From NCBI GenBank assembly GCA_038881595.1, contig JAVZPM010000002.1:59254-123253 (forward strand): DNA of 64,000 bases. The letters are read 5' to 3'. The position numbers and the translations under genes were made by a program. Numbering within the stretch: the stretch's first letter is position 1; the number at the start of each line of letters is the position of its first letter. This document shows positions 49,143 through 57,857 of this stretch, one piece after another. Origin of the DNA: Candidatus Micrarchaeia archaeon (lineage in GTDB: Archaea; Micrarchaeota; Micrarchaeia; CABMEP01). The notes under the pieces were generated by a model. It was not told the DNA's origin. It searched no databases and worked only from the letters and a program-made list of their open reading frames with translations.

Positions 49143-50357
49143 ATGGCAAAGAGAATCAAACCTTCTGGCAAATCTAAATCAGTAGGTCCAAAGAGGCCTA
49201 GATCTTTAATTTCAAAACGCATTCCTGAGAGCAGGAGTGAAAGAAAAGATCTTGTTTTCATGGATTATGCATCATCTACACCAATACGCGAAGAAGTTTT
49301 AGAGGCAATGCAACCATATTTTAAATATAAGTTCGGAAATCCATCATCCCTTCATTCTTATGGCCGTGATGCAAAGTTGGCAATAGAACAATCAAAGGAA
49401 ATAATTGCAAAGACAATTAATGCATCACCAGATGAAATTGTTTTCACCTCAGGTTCAACAGAATCTTCAGTTCTTGCAATAAGAGGAGTAGCCAAAGCAA
49501 AGATCGCATATGGTAGTCATATATTATCTTCAGCAATAGAACACGATCCAGTTTTTTCAACATGTAAATCACTAGTTACAGAAGGTTATACCCTTTCAAG
49601 TCTTCTTGTAGATGTTGATGGAATGATAAGTATAGCGGATTTAAGATCAAAGATAACTCCAAAGACAATACTTGTGTCTATACAGCATTCAAACGGAGAG
49701 ATAGGAACAATTCAGCAGATAGAGGACGTAGGAAGAATAACTAAAGAAAAAAACGTGACTTTACATACCGATGCAACATTTTCTTATGGCTGGGTTCCAT
49801 TAGATGTAAAAAAGATGAATGTAGATCTAATGAGTTTCGATGCACACCACTCTTATGGTCCTAAGGGAATAGGTGCACTCTATGTAAAGAACGGAACTCC
49901 TATAAAGCCGATATTTCCAAATAGAGAGAACATTCTCCGCCCAGGTACACTAAGTGTTGCATCTATAGTAGGTTTTGCCGTTGCAGCAGAGTTAGCACAT
50001 AAGGAAATGAGTAAGACTCAAAAGAATCTAATTAAGCTTCAAAAGATGTTCATTGATTATGTAGAAGAAAACATAAAATTCGTGAAACTTAATGGTCATC
50101 TTACAAAAAGATTGCCAAATAATGTCAACTTTAGTTTCAGTGGGATAACCGGTACGGAACTTGTTAAGCAACTCGAGGAGAAAGGATTTATTACCTCAAC
50201 TTGCATAGATTGCAGAGTTCTTGAGGCGATAGGTGTCAAGGGAGAGAAATTTACTGGATCTGTAAGATTTACATTTGGAAAAGACACAACTCCTGAAGAA
50301 GTAAAAAGTTTGTCTATAACATTGAAGTCACTAGTGGAAACAGCGAGACAGGGCTAA
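49143..50357 (+). CDS. NifS/IscS-like class V aminotransferase-fold protein lacking the PLP-binding lysine
   Basis: Overall IscS-like (FGNPSSLHSYGR, TSGSTES, GSVRFTFG), but the SxHK site reads DAHHSYGPKG and the catalytic Cys loop is replaced by TSTCIDCRV. Confidence 0.7.
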   Translation: MAKRIKPSGKSKSVGPKRPRSLISKRIPESRSERKDLVFMDYASSTPIREEVLEAMQPYFKYKFGNPSSLHSYGRDAKLAIEQSKEIIAKTINASPDEIVFTSGSTESSVLAIRGVAKAKIAYGSHILSSAIEHDPVFSTCKSLVTEGYTLSSLLVDVDGMISIADLRSKITPKTILVSIQHSNGEIGTIQQIEDVGRITKEKNVTLHTDATFSYGWVPLDVKKMNVDLMSFDAHHSYGPKGIGALYVKNGTPIKPIFPNRENILRPGTLSVASIVGFAVAAELAHKEMSKTQKNLIKLQKMFIDYVEENIKFVKLNGHLTKRLPNNVNFSFSGITGTELVKQLEEKGFITSTCIDCRVLEAIGVKGEKFTGSVRFTFGKDTTPEEVKSLSITLKSLVETARQG

Positions 50358-50390
50358 CGTATTTAATTTTTTATCTATTTTTAATTTAAT

Positions 50391-52514
50391 TTGATAATTT
50401 GTGATTTAATGGTTGGAATAAAAGAAGTTCAAAAAAGAGACGGTTCAATAGTGAAATTTGATCAATCTAAAATCACAAATGCAGTTTACAAAGCAACTGA
50501 GGCTGCTAAAACGCCAGATATGAAATTTGCACAAAAGATTTCAGATAGAGTGGTTAAAAAACTATCTGCTATTTTTAAAAATAAAATACCTTCAGTTGAA
50601 GAGATACAAGATATCGTTGTAGAGGAACTTTTAAAGGAGAATAAAAAAATTGCAAAACTTTACATCAATTACAGGAGGGAGAGAGCAGAGATAAGAGAAA
50701 AGAAAAAAGTTCTTTTTGGCGTTTATGATGATCTTAAATTAGATCTAAATGCAACTAAGGTATTAGCTTCAAGATATCTACAGAAGGATGTTAGCGGAAA
50801 AATTATAGAGACTCCAAAGCAAATGTTTAAACGAGTCGCAAAGAAAATTGCAGAATCAGATCGTATTTATGGAGAAGATGTGAAAAAATCAGAAAAAATT
50901 TTCTATGAAATGATGAGTAATCTTGAATTCCTACCAAATTCACCAACTTTAATGAATGCAGGAACGAGATTAGGACAGCTTTCTGCGTGTTTTGTTCTTC
51001 CAATAGATGATTCTTTAGAAAGTATTTTTGAGACATTGAAGTATGCAGCCCTTATACATCAAAGTGGAGGAGGGACTGGTTTTTCATTTTCAAAAATTAG
51101 GCCAAAAGGTGACTTAGTACGTTCTACAATGTCAATTGCATCAGGTCCTGTTTCATTCATGAAGATATATGATGCGATGACAGAAACGATAAAACAAGGG
51201 GGAAGAAGACGCGGTGCAAACATGGGTGTTCTTAGATGTGATCATCCAGATATAATTGAATTTATTAATTCCAAAAAACAAGGTGGACTGAAAAACTTTA
51301 ACATTTCAGTAGCAGCAACAGATAATTTCATGAAAGCAGTTCAAAAAGATGACGATTATGAATTAATAAATCCAAGAACTGGGGAAGTAACTAAAACAAT
51401 CTCTGCAAGGGAAGTTTTTAATCTTGTAGCTGAGCAAGCTTGGGAAATAGGTGACCCGGGTCTTATATTTATAGATAGAATTAATAAATTACATCCATTA
51501 AGAAAAATTGGAGAAATAGAGGCTACAAATCCTTGTGGTGAGCAGCCTTTATTACCATATGAATCTTGTAATTTAGGAAGCATAAATCTTACTAAATTCA
51601 TACTTTCAGATGGAAGTGATTTTGATTGGGATAGATTAGAAATTGCAGTTCAAAACGCAGTGCATTTTTTAGACAATGTTATTGATGCAAATTCAATTCC
51701 TATTCGTGAAATAGACCAAGTTACAAAAGCAAATAGAAAGATAGGATTAGGTATAATGGGATGGGCAGATTCTCTCATTCTTCTTGGAATTAGATACGAT
51801 AGTAAAGAAGCGATTTTAATGGCTGAAAAGCTAATGAGATTTATAAGACAGATATCATATAATACTTCTATAGATCTTGCAAATGAAAGAGGAAGCTATC
51901 CTAATTTTAAGTTTTCGATTTATCCATCAAAATATAAGCGATTAAGAAACGCAACATTAAATACTATTGCACCAACAGGTTCACTTTCAATAATTGCAGG
52001 TGTATCTTCTGGAATCGAACCTTTATTTGCAGTTGCTTATTATAGACAAGTTCTAGAAAATATGAAGCTAATAGAAATAAACAGAATCTTTCATTCTATG
52101 TCTATTGAAAGAGGTTTCTATAGCAGATCATTAATGGAAAAGATCTCACATGGTTTATCAATACAGAAAATGAGTGAAATTCCAAGGGATGTAAGAGATT
52201 TGTTTGTTACTGCTTATGATATTGAACCTATATGGCATTTAAAAATGCAAGCAGCTTTCCAAAAATATGTTGATAATGCAGTTTCAAAAACAATAAATTT
52301 ACCTTATGAAGCGACCGTTGAAGAGGTACAGGATATTTATATGAAAGCTTATGAATTAGGAATAAAGGGAATAACAATCTATAGATATGGAAGTAAAACA
52401 GAACAAGTTATATATTTAGGTCTTCCAAAAGAAGCTAGTGAAGAGCAGAAAAGAAAGATTACTGTTTCTTCTGAATTTGCAGGTCACTGTTCTTCAGGTA
52501 TTTGTCAAATTTAA
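50391..52514 (+). CDS. nrdJ: Ribonucleoside reductase, class II (adenosylcobalamin-dependent) with N-terminal ATP-cone
   Basis: ATP-cone (VQKRDGSIVKFDQSKI), active-site NPCGEQPL, C-terminal Cys pair; single-chain about 700 aa. Confidence 0.9.
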   Translation: MIICDLMVGIKEVQKRDGSIVKFDQSKITNAVYKATEAAKTPDMKFAQKISDRVVKKLSAIFKNKIPSVEEIQDIVVEELLKENKKIAKLYINYRRERAEIREKKKVLFGVYDDLKLDLNATKVLASRYLQKDVSGKIIETPKQMFKRVAKKIAESDRIYGEDVKKSEKIFYEMMSNLEFLPNSPTLMNAGTRLGQLSACFVLPIDDSLESIFETLKYAALIHQSGGGTGFSFSKIRPKGDLVRSTMSIASGPVSFMKIYDAMTETIKQGGRRRGANMGVLRCDHPDIIEFINSKKQGGLKNFNISVAATDNFMKAVQKDDDYELINPRTGEVTKTISAREVFNLVAEQAWEIGDPGLIFIDRINKLHPLRKIGEIEATNPCGEQPLLPYESCNLGSINLTKFILSDGSDFDWDRLEIAVQNAVHFLDNVIDANSIPIREIDQVTKANRKIGLGIMGWADSLILLGIRYDSKEAILMAEKLMRFIRQISYNTSIDLANERGSYPNFKFSIYPSKYKRLRNATLNTIAPTGSLSIIAGVSSGIEPLFAVAYYRQVLENMKLIEINRIFHSMSIERGFYSRSLMEKISHGLSIQKMSEIPRDVRDLFVTAYDIEPIWHLKMQAAFQKYVDNAVSKTINLPYEATVEEVQDIYMKAYELGIKGITIYRYGSKTEQVIYLGLPKEASEEQKRKITVSSEFAGHCSSGICQI

Positions 52515-52561
52515 TTTTGAATTAAACATTATCCTGAAAACTTTTTTGTTTCTTTGTGCGT

Positions 52562-53179
52562 TCATTCGCTTTCTTCATCTTTATCTCCTTTTCTTTTCTG
52601 ATATCTGCCTCTCTTCTCTATTTCATCCATTTGTCTTACTACTTTTTTCCATTCTTTAAATGTTTTGTACCCTTCTAAAAAATGTTTGAAATTTTTTCCT
52701 ATCGATCTTTTCATTAATAAAACATCTATTGCTCTCTCTTCTGGATCATTTGAAAATTCTGCTAAACCAAAATCTATAATATATGGTTCGTTTTTTACAA
52801 ACATTACATTCGCTGGGGTGAAGTCACCATGTGTTATTCCTATTGAATGAAGTTTAGATAGTATCTTTCCGACTTCTTTGTAATCCTTAGTAGAATTTTT
52901 TCTATCTTTCATTAATTTTCCTTCAAGCCTTTCAAGAATCAACTCGTATCTGCCGGCATGATATATTTTTGGAACATTTATACTACTTTTTAATGCATGA
53001 AGTATACATCTTGCTTCTGTTTTGTTCCTCATTTTTCTAAGTATTTCATCTAATTCGCTTATTCTGTATTCTTTTTTGTCTCTAACTTTTACAACAACAG
53101 GAAGACCGAATAATTCAGAGAAATAGACTTTTGCTTCTGCACCTCTGCTTTTGTAATTCTTTTGTTTACTTTGGCTCAC
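52562..53179 (-). CDS. bud32: Bud32/PRPK-like kinase (KEOPS subunit)
   Basis: Small atypical kinase: GAEAKVY, catalytic HGDFTPANVMF, IIDFGLA. Confidence 0.8.
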   Translation of the reverse strand: MSQSKQKNYKSRGAEAKVYFSELFGLPVVVKVRDKKEYRISELDEILRKMRNKTEARCILHALKSSINVPKIYHAGRYELILERLEGKLMKDRKNSTKDYKEVGKILSKLHSIGITHGDFTPANVMFVKNEPYIIDFGLAEFSNDPEERAIDVLLMKRSIGKNFKHFLEGYKTFKEWKKVVRQMDEIEKRGRYQKRKGDKDEESE

Positions 53180-53862
53180 TCTTCTCCCTTCTTTTCTTTC
53201 AGAACAGTCGGTCCTCTCTTTAAAAATTCACCCAAGCTCTTTGCTCCGCTTTTTGTTATGATGTAAGAACCTGTGAATACTATTGCTGCGACAAATGGAT
53301 TTAATCCGAGTGCCAATGCGCCTATGCTTCCTCCGCCTATCAAGGGTAAAGAGGGTGAAGTGAGCAACTCGGCTATTTTTTCACTTAGCGTAGGTGGCGT
53401 TTTAGTGAATGGATTTATTTCTATTAATGTCTTTCCATTCTTCATAATCCTTACAGCACCATCTTCTTCACTTGAGATTATAGAAATAGTTCCTGGCACT
53501 TCAGATATTCCAAGTGCAGCGCTATGTCTTGTGCCATGTCCTTTGTAATGTTTCGTTTTTTTAATTTGGGCTCCATATGCAATAAGATATCCTTCTTCGT
53601 CAATTATTATTGCACCATCAAGTTCAGCAAGCTTCTTTATTACTGGAAGTATTTTTTTATTGTTTATTTTAACCTTAGTCTTTTCAAGTATATCTGTATA
53701 TAACCATGAATAATATGGTTTAAGATTTCTATTAGTAATTATGAAGAACGAACCTTTTTTTTCCTGTCCAAATTCCATTGCTAGATCAATAACTAACTTA
53801 ACAACGTTCTTCTCTAAATCTATGTCATTAATTATCTTTTCTTTAGTTTTTTTATCTACCAT
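53176..53862 (-). CDS. dacZ: Diadenylate cyclase (DAC/DisA_N domain, DacZ-like)
   Basis: DAC motifs LDGAIIIDEEG (DGA) and GHGTRHSAALGISE (RHR-type); hydrophobic C-terminal region. Confidence 0.8.
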   Translation of the reverse strand: MVDKKTKEKIINDIDLEKNVVKLVIDLAMEFGQEKKGSFFIITNRNLKPYYSWLYTDILEKTKVKINNKKILPVIKKLAELDGAIIIDEEGYLIAYGAQIKKTKHYKGHGTRHSAALGISEVPGTISIISSEEDGAVRIMKNGKTLIEINPFTKTPPTLSEKIAELLTSPSLPLIGGGSIGALALGLNPFVAAIVFTGSYIITKSGAKSLGEFLKRGPTVLKEKKGEE

Positions 53863-53970
53863 TATTTCCCTCTAAAGCAATCTAATATCTATCGTATCAA
53901 ATTGGTCGTATATTATTAATTAGTAGACAAACGTATATAAACTTTAATACTATTTTTTAAAATTTGCAAG

Positions 53971-54969
53971 CTATTTCCATTTTACTAAAAATTCATCAGT
54001 TCTGAACTTAGGTTTTGGAATGATTTTGTTTGGAGATAAAAGGTATTTTCTTTGATTATTCTCATCTAATTTCGATATTAGATAACCGACATATGCAATC
54101 ATTCCACCATTATCTGCATTGAATTCATTTGGTGCTACTCCGAATTTACAGTTCCATTCTTTTGCCATTTCTGAAAGCATTTTTTGCAATCTTTTATTTT
54201 GCGCAACCCCTCCACAGATCGTTATTTCTTTTTTTCCAGTTAACGCTAGTGCTCTTTCTGTTATTTCACACAATGCTGCATACGATGTTTCTTGTAATGA
54301 GTAGCATATATCTTCTATTTTCTCTTTTCCTATTAGTTTTTCTGAATGTGTCAATATCCCGCTGAATGAAGCATCCATTCCTTTTACAGAATATGGCATT
54401 GGTATATACTTCTTTCCATTCAGGGCTTTTTCTTCCACATCTTTTGCATTTTTTAACCCTGCAGATCTTGCAAATGTATCTAACATATTTCCAATTCCAA
54501 TATCAAGTGTTTCTCCAAGAATATGATATTTATTTTCCTTCTTAATAAGTATCTGTGTATTTCCACCACTTACGTAAAGAACAAGAGGATCTTTAAATCC
54601 AGTGAAATATTTAGAGATCTCTATATGTGCAACACAGTGGTTAACACCTACAACAGGTTTATTGAATGAAATTGTAAACGTTCTTGCTGCTATAGATGAG
54701 ATTCTTAGACAAGGCCCTATTCCTGGTCCCTGAGAGAATGATATTAAATCAACATCTTGTAATTTAATTCCAGCTTTTTTAAGAGCCGTTTCCATCACTT
54801 GTTGGAATGCATCTGCATGGTGATCTGCTGTCTTTCTTGGATGGATTCCATACTCAAAAAGCATACTTTTTTCGTTTGCAATTATTCTTCCATTTTTCAC
54901 TATACCTACTCCTAGTGTATGTGCAGTACTTTCAATTCCTAGTACTACTTTTATTCTATTCAGCTTCAT
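53971..54969 (-). CDS. kae1: tRNA N6-adenosine threonylcarbamoyltransferase Kae1
   Basis: LGIESTAHTLGVGIV, FSQGPGIGPCLR and ASKH-fold motifs of Kae1/TsaD. Confidence 0.95.
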   Translation of the reverse strand: MKLNRIKVVLGIESTAHTLGVGIVKNGRIIANEKSMLFEYGIHPRKTADHHADAFQQVMETALKKAGIKLQDVDLISFSQGPGIGPCLRISSIAARTFTISFNKPVVGVNHCVAHIEISKYFTGFKDPLVLYVSGGNTQILIKKENKYHILGETLDIGIGNMLDTFARSAGLKNAKDVEEKALNGKKYIPMPYSVKGMDASFSGILTHSEKLIGKEKIEDICYSLQETSYAALCEITERALALTGKKEITICGGVAQNKRLQKMLSEMAKEWNCKFGVAPNEFNADNGGMIAYVGYLISKLDENNQRKYLLSPNKIIPKPKFRTDEFLVKWK

Positions 54970-55027
54970 ACCTACCTATTCATCTTTAATCCGAGCAATT
55001 TAAATTGTTTTCTGGTTTATTTATATT

Positions 55028-55096
55028 AGATGATGACAATGGATGAATCTGAGTTCTAGTTTGCTAGGACAGTGACGAATGATTGGCGGTCTGATA
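55028..55096 (+). ncRNA. Candidate C/D box sRNA (2'-O-methylation guide)
   Basis: C box AGATGATGA (55028-55036), 12-nt guide, D' CTGA (55049-55052), C'-like TGACGA (55073-55078), 12-nt guide, D box CTGA (55091-55094); intergenic. Confidence 0.4.
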
Positions 55097-55150
55097 AAAT
55101 GAATCATTAAATTATTATATCTTTAAATTTCTTTTTGTCAATATAACTTC

Positions 55151-56731
55151 ATGCTATTTGAACTGATATTTATTCTTGCAGGAGTTGCAATATTTATCTA
55201 TAGTATTGAACAGCTTAGTGATCAGCTCCTGAGAGTTTCAAAAGAAAGACTTAAAGAAATACTTCAAAGATTTACAGATAAACCTATAAAAGCATTAGGG
55301 ACAGGTTTAATAGTAACTGCAATTATTCAGTCCAGTACTGCAACTACTTCTATCTTAGTTTCTCTTGTCAATGCAGGTTTAATATCGTTTGAACAAAGTC
55401 TCGGTGTCATAGCCGGTGCACATATAGGAACAACAGTTACAGCACAACTTGTGGCGTTTAGATTTATGGGATTTGCACCTGTTTTTATATTATTAGGGTT
55501 CCTATTAAGTTTGTTCCAGAGATATAACCTTCTAGGGAAGTCAATCTTTCTTTTTGGTCTTGTATTTTTTGCACTTTCTATAATATCAGAAGCAACAGGT
55601 CCATTTAAAGAGAGCCAAGAATTAAAGGACTTGCTTGTTTCTTTAGATAATCCATTATATTCTATTATTGCAGGTATTGTTTTAACCTTATTACTTCAAT
55701 CCAGCTCAATAGTCACTGCGCTTGCAGTTTTGCTTACGATGGAAGGTTTGATTCCTGTATCCATATCAATTCCATTAGTATTGGGAAGTAACATAGGAAC
55801 CACATCTACAGTTTTATTTGTTTCAAAGAATATGGACATATATGCAAAGAGGACTGCTTACGCGCATTTTCTTTTCAGCACTGTAGGTGTCATTCTTATT
55901 TATCCTTTTCTTAGTGACTTCACTTATTTTGTAAATTCTATAAGTTTTAATGAAGGTTCAGCTGTTGCAAATGCACATACGATATTTAATGTGATGATGG
56001 CTGTTATATTTCTCTTTTCATTGCCTTTTTTCATAAAATTAATAGAGAAATTAACTCCGACTACAGAAAAGCAGATTTTATTCACACCTAAATATATAAA
56101 GAAAATACCACGTGATACAGATCTCGCAATAGAAAAAATAAAACTCGAGTTAATTAATCATTTACAAATATCTAAAGAGATGTTTACAATTGCAACTGAT
56201 ATGATTGCAAATAAGGACATATCAAAATTGCAAACAATAGAGAAGTATGAATCTTTAAGCGACTATCTAGACTCTAAGATAACCAGTGCGCTTGTTGAGC
56301 TTTCTCAAAGAAATCTTACAGAAAGGCAATCTTCTCAGATCGTTATTCTTTCGAAAATATCCAATGAAATTGAAAGATTGGCAGACACTGCTCATGATTA
56401 TGCATATATAACGCAAAAATTGAATGAGAACAATTTAGAGTTTTCAAAAGATTCCATCAGGGACATATTGAAAATAAAGTTCGCTCTTGATGAAATTTAT
56501 GATTTTATTGAATTCAATTTCAATTCAATTAATAATTCTAAATTATCAAAGATAATCAAAATGAGAAAAAATGTAGATAAGCTTATATCTTCTTCGCATA
56601 GATTAAGAATTAAACTGCTTTCAGATGAAAAGATCGGTACGTACTCCACTGTTTTATTTATTGATGCAATTTCTTCTTTTGAGGAAGCAGTTTCAGTTTT
56701 GGTAAGAATATCAAAGAATCTAAAAATGTAA
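55151..56731 (+). CDS. Na+/phosphate cotransporter (NptA type II-like) with C-terminal PhoU-like region
   Basis: Duplicated Na/Pi cotransporter motifs (IIQSSTATTSILVSL and LLQSSSIVTALAVLL) and a C-terminal helical domain. Confidence 0.85.
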   Translation: MLFELIFILAGVAIFIYSIEQLSDQLLRVSKERLKEILQRFTDKPIKALGTGLIVTAIIQSSTATTSILVSLVNAGLISFEQSLGVIAGAHIGTTVTAQLVAFRFMGFAPVFILLGFLLSLFQRYNLLGKSIFLFGLVFFALSIISEATGPFKESQELKDLLVSLDNPLYSIIAGIVLTLLLQSSSIVTALAVLLTMEGLIPVSISIPLVLGSNIGTTSTVLFVSKNMDIYAKRTAYAHFLFSTVGVILIYPFLSDFTYFVNSISFNEGSAVANAHTIFNVMMAVIFLFSLPFFIKLIEKLTPTTEKQILFTPKYIKKIPRDTDLAIEKIKLELINHLQISKEMFTIATDMIANKDISKLQTIEKYESLSDYLDSKITSALVELSQRNLTERQSSQIVILSKISNEIERLADTAHDYAYITQKLNENNLEFSKDSIRDILKIKFALDEIYDFIEFNFNSINNSKLSKIIKMRKNVDKLISSSHRLRIKLLSDEKIGTYSTVLFIDAISSFEEAVSVLVRISKNLKM

Positions 56732-56807
56732 TTATTTTAAGATAAATTTGAATATATTAATTCAACTACTTTATGTTTGGTTAATGATTATGTTTGGTTA
56801 ATGAAGA

Positions 56808-57398
56808 TTAGTAATCGACCCCCCATCTTGCAAGAATTCCTTTGTCAAATGGGTGCTTTATTTTTTTAACTTCACTGACTAAATCGGCGATTTCGATTAT
56901 TTTTTCATTAGGCTTAAACCCAGTGAGTATAACTTCTGTATACTTATTTTTTTTCTTTAGAATATCAAGTATTTCATCGTATGTGAAATGCCCAAATGCA
57001 GCTGCAGTATTTATCTCGTCTAAAATAACTAAATCATATTCCCCTGAAGAAAGAAGTTTTTTGCTTAGTTTTAAACCTTTCTTAGATTTTTCAATTATGT
57101 GTTTATCATAATCAAAATAAATCTTAGTAATTTTCGCTTTTCCATCTCTTACAAGTTTATCATATTCTTTTCCAGCAGAAGGCCCCAATTCAAATATTTT
57201 TATTTTGTGTTTTTTAAGATAGTTAAATTCTCCGCTTATTCCTCCATCTTTAAGAAATTGAACTACCGCAACTTTTAATCCATGCCCAGCTGCTCTGATC
57301 GCGGTTCCAATTGCCGCGCTTGTCTTTCCTCTTCCATCACCATAAAATACCTGGATTAATCCAATTTCTAATTTTTTCTTTTTATTATTCTTTTCCAT
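56808..57398 (-). CDS. cobA: Cob(I)yrinic acid a,c-diamide / corrinoid adenosyltransferase (CobA/BtuR)
   Basis: GLIQVFYGDGRGKTSAAIG P-loop and the length are typical of CobA/BtuR. Confidence 0.85.
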   Translation of the reverse strand: MEKNNKKKKLEIGLIQVFYGDGRGKTSAAIGTAIRAAGHGLKVAVVQFLKDGGISGEFNYLKKHKIKIFELGPSAGKEYDKLVRDGKAKITKIYFDYDKHIIEKSKKGLKLSKKLLSSGEYDLVILDEINTAAAFGHFTYDEILDILKKKNKYTEVILTGFKPNEKIIEIADLVSEVKKIKHPFDKGILARWGVDY

Positions 57399-57488
57399 GT
57401 TTTAATTATGATGTGTTCATTTTAAATCCTTTATGGATTTGTTATTGCAATGTTAAAGGTTTAAAAACTTAACAGTGTAAAGTTATTT

Positions 57489-57857
57489 ATGATACCTTGC
57501 GAATTCATGGTTACTGAACTTCTTCCTACAATAAGAAAGGAAACTGTGAAGTTTCTTATTTCAAAAAATTACTCTCAAAGAGAGGTTTCAAAAATGATAG
57601 GTATTTCAGAAGCGGCAGTTTCATTATACTTGAAAAAGAAAAGAGGATTGCATAAGAAGGAATTAGAAAAAATTATTACAGATTACATTCAAAAAAACTA
57701 TGATTTCAATAGAACATTCACTGAGAATGTTTGTAATCTTTGCAATGATTTTAGAAAATCCGGTTATTTCTGTAAAAGCCATAGAATAATATCAAAAATA
57801 CCTAAAGAAGAGTGCAAAGGTTGTTTCATAAATCATAAAGATGGTGAGATTAAATGA
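57489..57857 (+). CDS. HTH transcriptional regulator with C-terminal Cys cluster (putative Fe-S/Zn-binding)
   Basis: HTH-like segment (YSQREVSKMIGISEAAVSLYLKKKRG) and C-terminal CNLC...C...C..C; overlaps the iscS start by 4 bp. Confidence 0.45.
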   Translation: MIPCEFMVTELLPTIRKETVKFLISKNYSQREVSKMIGISEAAVSLYLKKKRGLHKKELEKIITDYIQKNYDFNRTFTENVCNLCNDFRKSGYFCKSHRIISKIPKEECKGCFINHKDGEIK

